Counted from the first letter of the stretch, positions 33,200-43,438 are shown. The stretch: 64,000 bases of DNA from an uncultured cyanobacterium (GCA_963744145.1 CAVUSO010000001.1:4768001-4832000); one strand, 5' to 3'. Translations and numbers: made by a program. The notes: a model not told the origin generated them from the letters alone.

Positions 33200-35308
33200 G
33201 TGAAAATTTCTTTATTACCGCTCTATTCTCAACTTAATCCTGGACCAGGAAATTGTCCTTTAGGTTGTCCACAGGTTTGTCTGGTTCGCAATCGCGCCCC
33301 CCAACTTTTACCACCAGTCGGTCAACTCTGTCCCCTCTCTTCTCACCAAGCTTTAACTTGTGCCCAATTACAACGGGGAAATGCAGATATCATTTTTAAT
33401 ACATCAGCAACCGGAGACGGTAAATCCCTTGCTGCATTTTTACCGACATTTTTAGTTCCCAGTTTTCGGATCATGGGACTATATCCTACCATTGAACTGG
33501 TAGAAGACCAAGCTGAACAACAGAAATTATATCACACTTTATTTAATTTGGATGCTGGGGTGAGAATCGATCGCCTTTTTGGTGCCGAATTGATGCGACG
33601 AGTGGTGGAAGGTGAAAGTAATAAATTTAATGAACTTTTGCAAGCTATTTATCAAAAGCCGATTTTACTCACCAATCCTGATATTTTTCATTTTATCACT
33701 CACTTTCAATATCAAAACCCGGCAATAGGGAAAGATTTGCTTCCTTTAACCTTAGCTGAATGGCCCGATTTATGGGTATTTGACGAATTTCATATTTTTG
33801 GTCCTCATCAAGAAGCAGCAGCTTTAAATAGTTTGATTTTTATTCGTCATACTCAACAGCAATTAAGACATTTTCTCTTTACTTCGGCAACACCTAAGCT
33901 GGAGTTTATTGAGTTATTGAAAAAAGCAGAGTTTCAAGTAGTGGAAGTTAAAGGAGTATATGAAAATCAAGATCATCCTGGGTTTCGTCAAATTTTACAA
34001 GCAGTTGAATTGGAGTTCGTGGAATTAAAAAATAGTGATGTGTTTACCTGGTTAACTGAAAATATTATTAGTCTGCGACAAATTTTGGAGAGGGAATGTT
34101 ATGGAAGAGGATTAATTGTGGTGAATTCTGTAGCTTTAGCAGGTCGGATTACTCGTCAGCTTCAGCAGTTATTACCAGAAGTTATTGTTAATGAAATTAG
34201 CGGACGTATTGATCGAGCATCGCGATCGCGAATTCAAGCAGATTTAAAAAATGCCAAGCAACCAGTTTTAATTGTGGGAACTTCTGCGGTAGATATTGGG
34301 GTTGATTTTAAGATTCACTTGTTGGTTTTTGAAAGTAGCAATGCTGCAACTGTAGTTCAACGTTTAGGAAGATTGGGGAGACATTCTGGATTTTCTGCTT
34401 ATACTGCGTTTGTGTTAATTTCTGATCATACTCCTTGGGTAATTGCTAGGTTGGAAGAAAAACTCCAATCTGGAACTTCGGTAACAAGAGAAGTTTTACA
34501 AGATGCGATCGCTTATGCTTTTGATCCACCCCAACAGTTTCAAGAATATCGTCATCGTTGGGGTGGTGTACAAGCTCAGGGGATGCTGATCAGAATGGGA
34601 TTTACGAAGGTTAATCAACCAGTGCGCGATCGCATGATCGAAGATTTCCAGCGAGTATATAAAAATTTCCATCCAAATTGTAACACTTGGTTTGCAATCG
34701 GACGTGATGAGGTAGGAAAAGCAATTCAAACAGAAATTCTCAGGTTTCGAGGTGGTTCAAATTTGCAATCAGGGGTTTGGGATGGTCATCATTTTTATAC
34801 TTACGATTTGCTCCGACTTATTCCCTATGCTACGGTTGAAGTTGTTGATCGTGAAGTATTTTTACCAGCAGCGATCGCAGCAGGACATAGTGCAGAAGAG
34901 TTTCCGGATCAGTATATATCAATTTATGTCCGGATTCAAACCTGGGTAGATGCGCGGTTTGAGATTAGTCTTTATTGTAATCGCGATCGGGGTGAGCTGA
35001 AATTAAACGAACTTTCTTTAATTAATCGTTTGAGTTTAATTGGACATCCCCAAACTGAGGTTCAGTCTTGTCTAAAAAAGAAAAAATTACTTACCTTTTT
35101 AGTACCAGTCGATCGCACCCAACCTAACAGTCATTGGGATGTGAGTCGGACTCTGCACCTTGGTAATTTATTTGGATTATATCGACTTGAAGATGGTTCT
35201 GGACAAGCTTATGCTTGTGCTTTTAATCAGGATGCTTTGCTGTTAGAAGCACTCAAATGGAGACTGAAAAAATTTAATCAACACCAACCTCAATCTTTAA
35301 TCTTTTAG
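33200..35308 (+). CDS. cas3: Type I-D Cas3' helicase (no HD domain)
   Basis: ATGDGKS, LTNPDIF, DEFH, TSATP, QRLGRLGRH. Confidence 0.93.
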   Translation: MKISLLPLYSQLNPGPGNCPLGCPQVCLVRNRAPQLLPPVGQLCPLSSHQALTCAQLQRGNADIIFNTSATGDGKSLAAFLPTFLVPSFRIMGLYPTIELVEDQAEQQKLYHTLFNLDAGVRIDRLFGAELMRRVVEGESNKFNELLQAIYQKPILLTNPDIFHFITHFQYQNPAIGKDLLPLTLAEWPDLWVFDEFHIFGPHQEAAALNSLIFIRHTQQQLRHFLFTSATPKLEFIELLKKAEFQVVEVKGVYENQDHPGFRQILQAVELEFVELKNSDVFTWLTENIISLRQILERECYGRGLIVVNSVALAGRITRQLQQLLPEVIVNEISGRIDRASRSRIQADLKNAKQPVLIVGTSAVDIGVDFKIHLLVFESSNAATVVQRLGRLGRHSGFSAYTAFVLISDHTPWVIARLEEKLQSGTSVTREVLQDAIAYAFDPPQQFQEYRHRWGGVQAQGMLIRMGFTKVNQPVRDRMIEDFQRVYKNFHPNCNTWFAIGRDEVGKAIQTEILRFRGGSNLQSGVWDGHHFYTYDLLRLIPYATVEVVDREVFLPAAIAAGHSAEEFPDQYISIYVRIQTWVDARFEISLYCNRDRGELKLNELSLINRLSLIGHPQTEVQSCLKKKKLLTFLVPVDRTQPNSHWDVSRTLHLGNLFGLYRLEDGSGQAYACAFNQDALLLEALKWRLKKFNQHQPQSLIF

Positions 35309-35318
35309 GTGAAAAATT

Positions 35319-38249
35319 ATGGCTACTGTTTTACAAACTTTGCTCATTGAAACTCTCCCTGCTAATACTGATCCGATTCTCCGTAGTTACATTGAAACAA
35401 TTTTACCACCAATGGAACAAGAATTTGCCCTAATTTCAGCTTTGGGAGGGTCTTTTGACTTCCATTATCAAATTTTAACTAATTTAGGAGATCCCAACGC
35501 ATCGGAAAAAGCGCAGAGATGGTCGAATAATGCTGACCAAAGTTTATTAGTTCATGTTCTTAATGCTTTATTAACCGCTTGGAATTTATCTGGTTATTTA
35601 AGTCAACTATTTGGTCTATCAGATATTGAAAAAAGACTTCTATGTTTGGGAATTACGTTACATGATTATAACAAATATTGTAATGGTCAAGGTGAGGCAT
35701 CTCCCCAAGCTTATGAAGTTAATGATATTTTGAAACTGTGTGAACAATTAGGTGAGAAATTAGATTTTAACTCTTTTTGGTCAGATTGGAAACAATATCT
35801 TTCAGAAATTAGTTTTCTGGCTCAAAATACCCAGTTTAAAGCTGGAACAAATCCAATTCCTGCCAATTGGCCCAAGTTTACCGTTCCCGATCCTCGTCGT
35901 CTTAAACATCCTCTGCGTCATTTGCTTGCTTTTGGAGATATTGCAGTACATTTGCAAGATCCAGCCGATATTATCACAACTACTGCGGGCGATCGCTTGC
36001 GAGAACATCTCAAGTTTTTAGGAATTCAGAAAAAACTCGTTTATCACCGTTTGCGAGATTGTCTCGGATTACTAACTAATGGAATTCACAATGCTACAGT
36101 ACGCTTTGCTAAAGAATTAGACTGGGAACCAATTTTATTTTTTGCTCAAGGGGTGATATATCTGGCACCTATAAATATAGAAACTCCAGATAAAACTGAC
36201 TTACAAGAATTTACTTGGGAGCAAATTAGTCAACTTTTAGGTAATAAAATGTTAGGAGGAGAGATTGGATTTAAGCGAGATGGTAAAGGAATAAAAGTTG
36301 CACCACAAACTTTAGAATTATTTACTCCGGGTCAACTAATTAAAGAATTAAATAATGTGGTAGTTTCTCGGGTTAAGAATGTTAAAGATCCAGCTACACC
36401 GAAACGATTAGAAAAATTAAAGCTGAGTGAGAGTCAACGAGAATTTCTCACTAAAGGAGCAGATATTCGTGCTGATCAAATAGCGGAGTTTATTCTCCTC
36501 AATCAACGTGAATTTTTTGAAAATTGCCCAGATTATACCACCTGGATTTTAACCGCATTAGATTTATCCGAACAAATTACTCCAGCTCAAACCCAAGAAC
36601 AGTCTGGTGGAGTTATTTATGGATGGTATCGAGCGGCTGCTTGCTATATTGCTAATCATCCAACATTGACTCTTGAAGAAGTTTCAGAAAAACTCTCAGA
36701 TTTAGCAGAAAATTTAGTAATTTGGGCTGAAGAAAATGATTTATTACCAGCACATACCAGTCCCACTCGCGAGGTTTTTTTCAGTTACTTAGATCAGTAT
36801 TTAGAGATTCCAGATTTGGAAATACAAAATCAATCATTTATCGATGAGTTAGATATTTATACAAAAGCTAAAACTAAACCTGCTCAACCACCAATTTGTT
36901 CTTTAAGTTCTGGAGAATTTTCTTCTGAAGACCAAATGGACTCAGTAGTTTTGTTTAAACCCCAACAATATAGTAATAAAAATTCTTTAGGGGAAAGACA
37001 AATCAAACGAGGTATTTCTAAGATTTGGTCTTTAGAAATGTTGCTAAGACAAGCACTTTGGTCTGTACCAGCAGGAAAATTAGAAGATCAACAACCAATT
37101 TTTTTATATATTTTTCCAGCTTACGTTTATTCACCCCAAACAGCAGCAGCAGTCAGATTACTGGTTAATGATATTAAACGAATTAATCTTTGGGAAGTCC
37201 GACGACATTGGAGTGATCCAGAAATGAAATCAACCAAATTTTTGCAAACCATAGATTGGTGCTCAGGTGATGAACCAGAAGCAGGAAATCGTGCTGTCGA
37301 TAAGTATTCAGGTCAAGATTTACCTTTCTTAGCAACTATTTATACAACTACCAGAGGTAAAACAGTCACAGATGCTTGGATCGAGCCTTCTTTTCTAGCT
37401 TTAGCTTTACCTTTACTTTTAGGAGTAAAAGTAGTTGCTAGTAGCAGTTCGGTGCCACTGTATAACAGTGATAATGATTTTTGTGAATCAGTAATTTTAG
37501 ATGGACCTGCGAATTTTTGGAATTTATTAGGAATATCAACGGGATTAAGAATTACAGATTTATCTGAAGCACTACAGCGATTATTAGTTGCTTATATGTT
37601 GCATTTGGATAACCGTAGCGCCCCACCAGATGGACGTTGGCAAGCTTTTAATGGCACAGTAAGGGAGGTGATTACCAATGTTTTAAATATATTTAGTTTA
37701 GGTTTTGAAGGATTGCGTCGTGATCAACGCGAACTAACACCAACAGAAGTCAAACGTTACTGGGAATATGCTCAATTTTGGGCTAAAGGAGACTCTAAGA
37801 TGAAGGAAAATTTGAAGCTGACAGAACGATTAGTGCGAGAATATCGCCATTTTTACCAAGTTAATACTACTGAATCGAGTCATGCGATTTTATTGCCAAT
37901 TGCCAAAGCATTAGAAGTTATTCTCACCAGTCCTAATCATCTTGATGCTGAAGATTTGATTTGGCAAGGTGCAGGACAATTGCATGATGCAATTGATCGT
38001 CGAGAAGTTTATCATCGTCCTTTAATTATGGATAAGTCTGTGGAATATCAGATCCGATACCAGCAAGAATTAGCCGCAATTCATCAGTTTATGAGTACCT
38101 GCGTGAATGATCTATTTTTGGGTTTGTATAAAGGCGATCGCGCCCTACTTCAAGAAAATCGTAATCGGATTAAATCCGGGGCTGAGTTTGCCTATCGCTG
38201 GTTATCTTTGCAAGAAAAATCCGCGAAAATTACTACGAAATCTATCTAA
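35319..38249 (+). CDS. cas10d: Cas10d/Csc3 large subunit with N-terminal HD nuclease
   Basis: DQSLLVHVLN, LHDYNK, PQQYSNK; position between cas3' and cas7. Confidence 0.92.
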   Translation: MATVLQTLLIETLPANTDPILRSYIETILPPMEQEFALISALGGSFDFHYQILTNLGDPNASEKAQRWSNNADQSLLVHVLNALLTAWNLSGYLSQLFGLSDIEKRLLCLGITLHDYNKYCNGQGEASPQAYEVNDILKLCEQLGEKLDFNSFWSDWKQYLSEISFLAQNTQFKAGTNPIPANWPKFTVPDPRRLKHPLRHLLAFGDIAVHLQDPADIITTTAGDRLREHLKFLGIQKKLVYHRLRDCLGLLTNGIHNATVRFAKELDWEPILFFAQGVIYLAPINIETPDKTDLQEFTWEQISQLLGNKMLGGEIGFKRDGKGIKVAPQTLELFTPGQLIKELNNVVVSRVKNVKDPATPKRLEKLKLSESQREFLTKGADIRADQIAEFILLNQREFFENCPDYTTWILTALDLSEQITPAQTQEQSGGVIYGWYRAAACYIANHPTLTLEEVSEKLSDLAENLVIWAEENDLLPAHTSPTREVFFSYLDQYLEIPDLEIQNQSFIDELDIYTKAKTKPAQPPICSLSSGEFSSEDQMDSVVLFKPQQYSNKNSLGERQIKRGISKIWSLEMLLRQALWSVPAGKLEDQQPIFLYIFPAYVYSPQTAAAVRLLVNDIKRINLWEVRRHWSDPEMKSTKFLQTIDWCSGDEPEAGNRAVDKYSGQDLPFLATIYTTTRGKTVTDAWIEPSFLALALPLLLGVKVVASSSSVPLYNSDNDFCESVILDGPANFWNLLGISTGLRITDLSEALQRLLVAYMLHLDNRSAPPDGRWQAFNGTVREVITNVLNIFSLGFEGLRRDQRELTPTEVKRYWEYAQFWAKGDSKMKENLKLTERLVREYRHFYQVNTTESSHAILLPIAKALEVILTSPNHLDAEDLIWQGAGQLHDAIDRREVYHRPLIMDKSVEYQIRYQQELAAIHQFMSTCVNDLFLGLYKGDRALLQENRNRIKSGAEFAYRWLSLQEKSAKITTKSI
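37800..38249 (+). CDS. cas11d: Cas11d small subunit from an internal in-frame start in cas10d (149 aa)
   Basis: AAAGGAG 8 nt before an in-frame ATG (MKENLKLTERLV...YRHFY); internal translation of Cas11d is established for type I-D. Confidence 0.8.
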   Translation: MKENLKLTERLVREYRHFYQVNTTESSHAILLPIAKALEVILTSPNHLDAEDLIWQGAGQLHDAIDRREVYHRPLIMDKSVEYQIRYQQELAAIHQFMSTCVNDLFLGLYKGDRALLQENRNRIKSGAEFAYRWLSLQEKSAKITTKSI

Positions 38250-38299
38250 ATTTTTGTAGTAATTACTGTTGTATAAATATCAAATCTGAAGGAGAAAAA

Positions 38300-39292
38300 A
38301 TGAGCATTATCGAAACCCTCAAACCTCAATTTCAATCCACTTTTCCTCGTTTAGCATCAGGAAAATATGTCCACTTTCTCATGTTACGTCACAGTCAATC
38401 ATTTCCAGTTTTTCAAACTGATGGAGTTTTGAATACAGCTCGAACTCAAGCAGGATTAAAAAGTCAAGAACCAATTAGTCGGTTAGTAATGTTTAAACGC
38501 AAACAAACTACTCCAGAACGTTTAGCAGGAAGAGAATTATTGCGATCGCTTGGTTTAACTACTGCTGACAAAGAAGATAAAGAAAAAGGATGTGAATATA
38601 ACGGAGAAGGTTCTTGTAAAAAATGCCCAGACTGTATCATCTATGGTTTTGCTATTGGTGATAGTGGTTCCGAACGTTCTAAAGTTTATTCTGATTCAGC
38701 TTTTTCTTTAAGTCCTTACGAAGAATCTCATCGTAGTTTCACCTTTAATGCTCCTTTTGAAGGTGGAACAATGAGTGAATCTGGAGAAATGCGAAGTGCA
38801 ATTAATGAATTAGATCATGTTTTACCAGAAATTACTTTTCCCACCATCGAAACTCTCCGGGATTCTACTTATGAAGGGTTTATTTATGTGCTAGGAAATC
38901 TATTACGAACTCGGCGCTATGGGGCTCAAGAATCTCGCACGGGTACAATGAAAAATCATTTACTGGGAATTTGTTTATGTGATGGGGAGATTTTTAGTAA
39001 TCTCTATTTTACTCAAGCACTTCATGATGAGTTAAAAAGTGATATTAATGCTCCCTTCAGTGATGTTTTAACTAAAGCAAGTGAGGTCGCAATGAATTTA
39101 CTGAATCAAGAACCTGTTCGGAAAACTAGCTTAATCTTCGGTGCAGATTTAGAAGCACTTCTGGCTGAAGTTTCTGCAATTTATCAAAATGAAAATGTTG
39201 TCCGAGCAACTTTAACAACCCTATCTCAGCAAACTTACTCTTATGCTGAAAGTTTTGGGGCAATTAATAAGGGTAAAGGTAAAAAGAAATAA
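38300..39292 (+). CDS. cas7: Cas7d/Csc2 backbone subunit
   Basis: KRKQ..PERLAGRELLR, C..CPDC..YGFA.G, RYGAQESRTG. Confidence 0.93.
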   Translation: MSIIETLKPQFQSTFPRLASGKYVHFLMLRHSQSFPVFQTDGVLNTARTQAGLKSQEPISRLVMFKRKQTTPERLAGRELLRSLGLTTADKEDKEKGCEYNGEGSCKKCPDCIIYGFAIGDSGSERSKVYSDSAFSLSPYEESHRSFTFNAPFEGGTMSESGEMRSAINELDHVLPEITFPTIETLRDSTYEGFIYVLGNLLRTRRYGAQESRTGTMKNHLLGICLCDGEIFSNLYFTQALHDELKSDINAPFSDVLTKASEVAMNLLNQEPVRKTSLIFGADLEALLAEVSAIYQNENVVRATLTTLSQQTYSYAESFGAINKGKGKKK

Positions 39293-39296
39293 TCAT

Positions 39297-39343
39297 TTTT
39301 AATTAGGGATAAAGTGGGATTCCTATTTTATTCCTAATTAAAA
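39297..39343 (+). terminator. Long stem-loop directly after the cas7 stop
   Basis: ttttaattagggataaagtggga-t-tcctattttattcctaattaaaa; the only non-Watson-Crick pairs are three G-U. Confidence 0.7.
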
Positions 39344-39346
39344 TTT

Positions 39347-39738
39347 AATCCAGTTCAGTTACCCGTAGGGGCAAAGCATTTCGGCGAATAAATCATTACT
39401 GAAGTGAAGAATAATATGACCGAAATGCTTTGCCCTCACCATCTATGCAGCCAGCAGATCAACCATATAAAATACCATTCAGTTACCATCTTTTTTGGAT
39501 ATCTCGGCGCAGAAGAAGGGCGAAGCATTCGGATATAATATTAACGGATTTAAGCGATTAATTATCGCCCGAATGCTTCGCCCCTACATTTAATTGAACC
39601 GGATTTTGGATATCTCGGCGCAAAAGAAGGGCGAAGCATTCGGATATAATATTACTGGTTTGATCATTCAATTATCGCCCGAATGCTATGCCTCCGGCAC
39701 GCTACGCGATCGCCCCTACATATAACTGAACCGGATTG
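39347..39738. mobile_element. Cluster of three REP/MITE-like hairpin units between cas7 and cas5
   Basis: Termini aatccagttcagtta / taactgaaccggattg; two tandem ttttggatatctcggcgca..gaagggcgaagcattcgg...ccgaatgc..cgcccctac units. Confidence 0.75.
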
Positions 39739-39770
39739 AGATCAAATCTAATTACAGGAGACAAATAATA

Positions 39771-40550
39771 ATGCTTTACCATTGCATTCTAACGCTTCAC
39801 GATAATGTATTTTTTGCCACCAGGGAAATGGGGATTCTCTATGAAACTGAAAAGTATTTGCACAATTGGGCACTGAGTTTTTCTTTGTTTAAAAGTCTTT
39901 ATATTCCCCATCCCTATCGGTTACAAGGAATAGAAGCTCAAAAACCAGGTTATTTAGATGCTCGTAATGAGCAAAACTTATTCCATCTCAATAAAGAGTC
40001 TATTTATGTTTTTCCCGGTTTACCTTTGAGTTGGTCTTACCAAGTAAATACTTTCAAAGCTGCTCAAACTACTTATTATGGTAAACCTAAACAGTTTGGT
40101 GAAAAAGGAGCCGATCGCAACTATCCCGTTAATTATGGACGTGCTAAGGAATTAGCTGTTGGTAGTCAATATCGTACCTATATCATTGGTCCTGAAAAAA
40201 TATCAAAACCGATTCCCCACTGGATACGTTTGGGAAAATGGGGAGCGAAAATTAAGGTGGAAGTTATTCCTATTCCCCCTCAAGCGATCGCCCAATGTTC
40301 CGGACAATATATCTGTCAACATCCTTTAAATCCCTTAGATTTTGCTCCTCATACTAGATTACTCTTGTATAACCGCATTGTGATGCCACCTTCTAGTTTA
40401 GTTAGTCAAGCACAACTAACAGGTAATTATTGGGAAAGTACAGGTCGAGTTTGGGAAGAATTTCAATTACAACATCCAGAATTACCAAAGAGTTTTTGTT
40501 TACCGATCGGATTATCTTATGGAGCCGCTCATGTCATCTCAGTCTCTTAG
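39771..40550 (+). CDS. cas5: Cas5d/Csc1
   Basis: LTLHDNVFFATRE, LHNWAL, GRAKELA, P.WIRLGKW, HPLNPLD. Confidence 0.92.
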   Translation: MLYHCILTLHDNVFFATREMGILYETEKYLHNWALSFSLFKSLYIPHPYRLQGIEAQKPGYLDARNEQNLFHLNKESIYVFPGLPLSWSYQVNTFKAAQTTYYGKPKQFGEKGADRNYPVNYGRAKELAVGSQYRTYIIGPEKISKPIPHWIRLGKWGAKIKVEVIPIPPQAIAQCSGQYICQHPLNPLDFAPHTRLLLYNRIVMPPSSLVSQAQLTGNYWESTGRVWEEFQLQHPELPKSFCLPIGLSYGAAHVISVS

Positions 40551-41340
40551 TTATACTATTCATTCTTTAGTTGTTGAATTAAGTGCAGCAGAAAAAGGAT
40601 TTATGCCCTTAACCCTTGTCCGCGCAATTCATTCCCAAGTAATGACTTGGCTAAAGTTAGGATCTCCTGAAATTGCTGAAATAATTCATCAATCACAAGA
40701 ATCACCTTTAAGTTTATCAGGATTGTTAGGAAATCGTCGTGCTAATGGCACACAACTAGGCGATCGGTTTTATTTTCGGATCTGTTTGTTAGATGGAAAT
40801 TTGATGCAACCGCTTTTAAAAGGTTTTGAACAGTGGGGTACAGAACCTTTAATTTTAGCAAAGTTTCCCTTTGTGATTCGCAGTATTTATACTATGCCTG
40901 GAACCCATCGATGGGCTGGTGCAGCAGAATATCAAGTGCTGGCTAATATTCCGGTCGTTAGTAATGATTTGATCCTGAATTTTATCTCTCCTACCAGTTT
41001 TAAGAAAGGTCAGACTATTCAAGTATTTCCATTACCAGAATTAGTGTTTGGCAATTTACAAAGACGATGGAATGCGTTTGCTCCTGATGAATTAAAGTTT
41101 TCAGTTAGCGAATGGTTGGGATTAGCTTCAGCTTATGAATTGAAAACTCATGCTTTAAAGATGGAAGGGGGTGCAGAAATAGGTACTCAGGGATGGGTAA
41201 GATATCGATTTCCAGATCAGGAACAGGCGAAAATTGCAACTATTTTAGCTCATTTTGCTTTCTTTTCTGGAGTAGGACGTAAGACTTCAATGGGGATGGG
41301 GCAAACAAAATTAGAGTCGGCTCTACCAACTAATAATTAA
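40519..41340 (+). CDS. cas6: Cas6 endoribonuclease (likely start at ATG 40531)
   Basis: F.SPTSF, P.PELVF..L..RWN, G-rich loop GVGRKTSMGMG. Confidence 0.95.
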   Translation: MEPLMSSQSLSYTIHSLVVELSAAEKGFMPLTLVRAIHSQVMTWLKLGSPEIAEIIHQSQESPLSLSGLLGNRRANGTQLGDRFYFRICLLDGNLMQPLLKGFEQWGTEPLILAKFPFVIRSIYTMPGTHRWAGAAEYQVLANIPVVSNDLILNFISPTSFKKGQTIQVFPLPELVFGNLQRRWNAFAPDELKFSVSEWLGLASAYELKTHALKMEGGAEIGTQGWVRYRFPDQEQAKIATILAHFAFFSGVGRKTSMGMGQTKLESALPTNN

Positions 41341-41359
41341 TCAACAGGAATCAACCAAA

Positions 41360-41950
41360 ATGAATGAACCAAATTATTTACCCTTAGCTTCTTTGAATGC
41401 TTGGGAATACTGTCCAAGACGTTTCTATTTTCAATATCAACTGGGAGAAATGGATGAGAATGAACATATTTTGATGGGGCGTTATCTGCATCGCAATATT
41501 AATGAAGAAGGTACAAGTTTAGAAGGAGATACTTTGATTCATCGTCAACAGTGGGTGTGGAGCGATCGCTTATTAGTAAATGGCATCATTGATGCAGTTG
41601 AAGAACGGGATAATCAACTGATTCCTGTGGAATATAAAAAAGGTCGCATGGCGAATCATCTTAATGATCATTTTCAAGTTTGTGCAGCGGCTTTATGTTT
41701 GGAAGAACGTACTGGACAGACGATTAATTATGGCGAAATATTCTATTACGCTAACCGTCGTCGTGAACAAGTACCATTCACATCCCAACTACGTCAATTA
41801 ACTGAAAAAGCGATCGCATCTGCTCGTGCAACAGCCGAAAAAGGCATTATGCCCGCACCAATTACTCATCCGAAAAAATGTCGAGATTGTAGTTTGCAAA
41901 GAATCTGTTTACCGAAAGAAATTCAACAATTACGCAGTGAGGTTTACTAA
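41360..41950 (+). CDS. cas4: Cas4 nuclease
   Basis: YCPRR, G.ID, PVEYKKG, C..CSL...C Fe-S ligands. Confidence 0.95.
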   Translation: MNEPNYLPLASLNAWEYCPRRFYFQYQLGEMDENEHILMGRYLHRNINEEGTSLEGDTLIHRQQWVWSDRLLVNGIIDAVEERDNQLIPVEYKKGRMANHLNDHFQVCAAALCLEERTGQTINYGEIFYYANRRREQVPFTSQLRQLTEKAIASARATAEKGIMPAPITHPKKCRDCSLQRICLPKEIQQLRSEVY

Positions 41951-41952
41951 AT

Positions 41953-42930
41953 ATGTCTGTTCTTTATGTAACTCAACCTGATGCTGTAGTTAGCAAAAAC
42001 TATGAAGCTTTTACTGTTGCTTTAAAGCAAGAAGATGGTTCTTGGCAAAAGCAAAGCGTACCTGCTCAAACTATCGAGCAAATGGTTTTAATCGGCAACC
42101 CTCAAGTTACTGGAGATGCTTTAATGTACGCTTTAGAATTGGGAATATCTGTACATTACCTATCTAATTTTGGAAAATATCTGGGATCGGCATTACCAGG
42201 TTATTCTCGCAACGGTCAATTACGATTAGCACAATATGGTGTTTATCAAGACAAAAATCGACGCTTAGAATTAGCAAAAGCGATCGTTACTGGGAAAATT
42301 CACAATCAATATGCCGTATTATATCGACACAACATTCGGGATAATCCCCTCAAACTAAGGGAAAAACAAGTCAAAGAACAAAACACCCTTGATGAGACGA
42401 GAGGAATGGAAGGTAAAGCAGCACAAGAATATTTTAGTTACTGGCAAGAAATGGTAGGAAATAAATGGAGTTTTAACGGTCGTCATCGTCGTCCACCTAC
42501 CGATCCAGTAAATGCTTTGTTAGGATTTGCCTATGGTTTATTGCGAGTGCAAATTACCGCTGCAATTCATCTAGCAGGACTAGATCCTTATATTGGTTAT
42601 TTGCACGAAGTAACTCGCGGTCAACCAGCAATGGTATTAGATTTAATGGAAGAATTTCGAGCTTTAATTGCTGACAATTTAATTTTATCTGTTTTGAGTC
42701 ATCAGCAGCTAAAACCAACTGATTTTAGTGAAAGTTTAGGTGCCTATCGTTTGGAAGAAAAAGGGCGGAAACTGTTTCTAGAAGCTTGGGAAACCAAAAT
42801 GAATAATGAATTCAAACACCCTACTTTTAAATATAGCTGTACCTATCGCAAATCGATTGAATTACAAGCTCGTTTACTCAGTCGTCACCTCCAAGAACAA
42901 GTTACCTATAAACCACTAACACTACGATGA
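41953..42930 (+). CDS. cas1: Cas1 integrase
   Basis: RGMEG, R.RRPPTDPVNALL, GLDPYIGYLH, LDLMEEFR. Confidence 0.97.
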   Translation: MSVLYVTQPDAVVSKNYEAFTVALKQEDGSWQKQSVPAQTIEQMVLIGNPQVTGDALMYALELGISVHYLSNFGKYLGSALPGYSRNGQLRLAQYGVYQDKNRRLELAKAIVTGKIHNQYAVLYRHNIRDNPLKLREKQVKEQNTLDETRGMEGKAAQEYFSYWQEMVGNKWSFNGRHRRPPTDPVNALLGFAYGLLRVQITAAIHLAGLDPYIGYLHEVTRGQPAMVLDLMEEFRALIADNLILSVLSHQQLKPTDFSESLGAYRLEEKGRKLFLEAWETKMNNEFKHPTFKYSCTYRKSIELQARLLSRHLQEQVTYKPLTLR

Positions 42931-43220
42931 CCACCCTTTTTTACCTAGTTATTTACGACTTACCCGATACCAAAGCTGCGAATAAGCGTCGTAAGCGTTT
43001 ACACAAATTGCTTTCGGGTTATGGGAAATGGACCCAATACAGCGTTTTCGAGTTATTTTTGACAAGTATGCAATTTGTCAAGCTTCAGCAACAAATCGAA
43101 ACACTCATTCAGCCCAAAGAGGATGCAGTCAAAATCTATATATTAGATGTAGGCTCGGTGAAGCGGACAATAACTTATGGTTGTGAAAAGCCTAGACAAG
43201 ATCGAACAATCATACTATGA
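42927..43220 (+). CDS. cas2: Cas2
   Basis: YLVIYDL, GYGKWTQYSVFE. Confidence 0.96.
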   Translation: MTTLFYLVIYDLPDTKAANKRRKRLHKLLSGYGKWTQYSVFELFLTSMQFVKLQQQIETLIQPKEDAVKIYILDVGSVKRTITYGCEKPRQDRTIIL

Positions 43221-43438
43221 TGTTTCCATTGGGATTTTTGGCAAGGCGAAGCGAGGTTGAAAAACCAGGGGGTGCCGCCAAAATCTCTAGAACCTTGAAA
43301 AATCAATAGTTTTGCTCTTTTAGAGCTATCAAAAAATCGCCAAAAAGAGGTTGGGGCGATCGCTGAAATGAAGTTTTTTTGGAGACCTGCCAAAACTGCT
43401 TTTCAAAGCTAGTCCCAGTAACCCTTCTAGACCCCGCT
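43221..43438 (+). promoter_or_regulatory. CRISPR leader
   Basis: 218-bp non-coding stretch between cas2 and the first repeat, with repeated gccaaaa motifs. Confidence 0.75.

Noticed and set aside
39293..39770. Degenerate mini-array or CreTA-like RNA in the cas7-cas5 gap
   Set aside because: No recognisable copy of the repeat hairpin plus GAAAC; the actgaacc motifs belong to MITE termini also seen at 22198, 32018 and 55934
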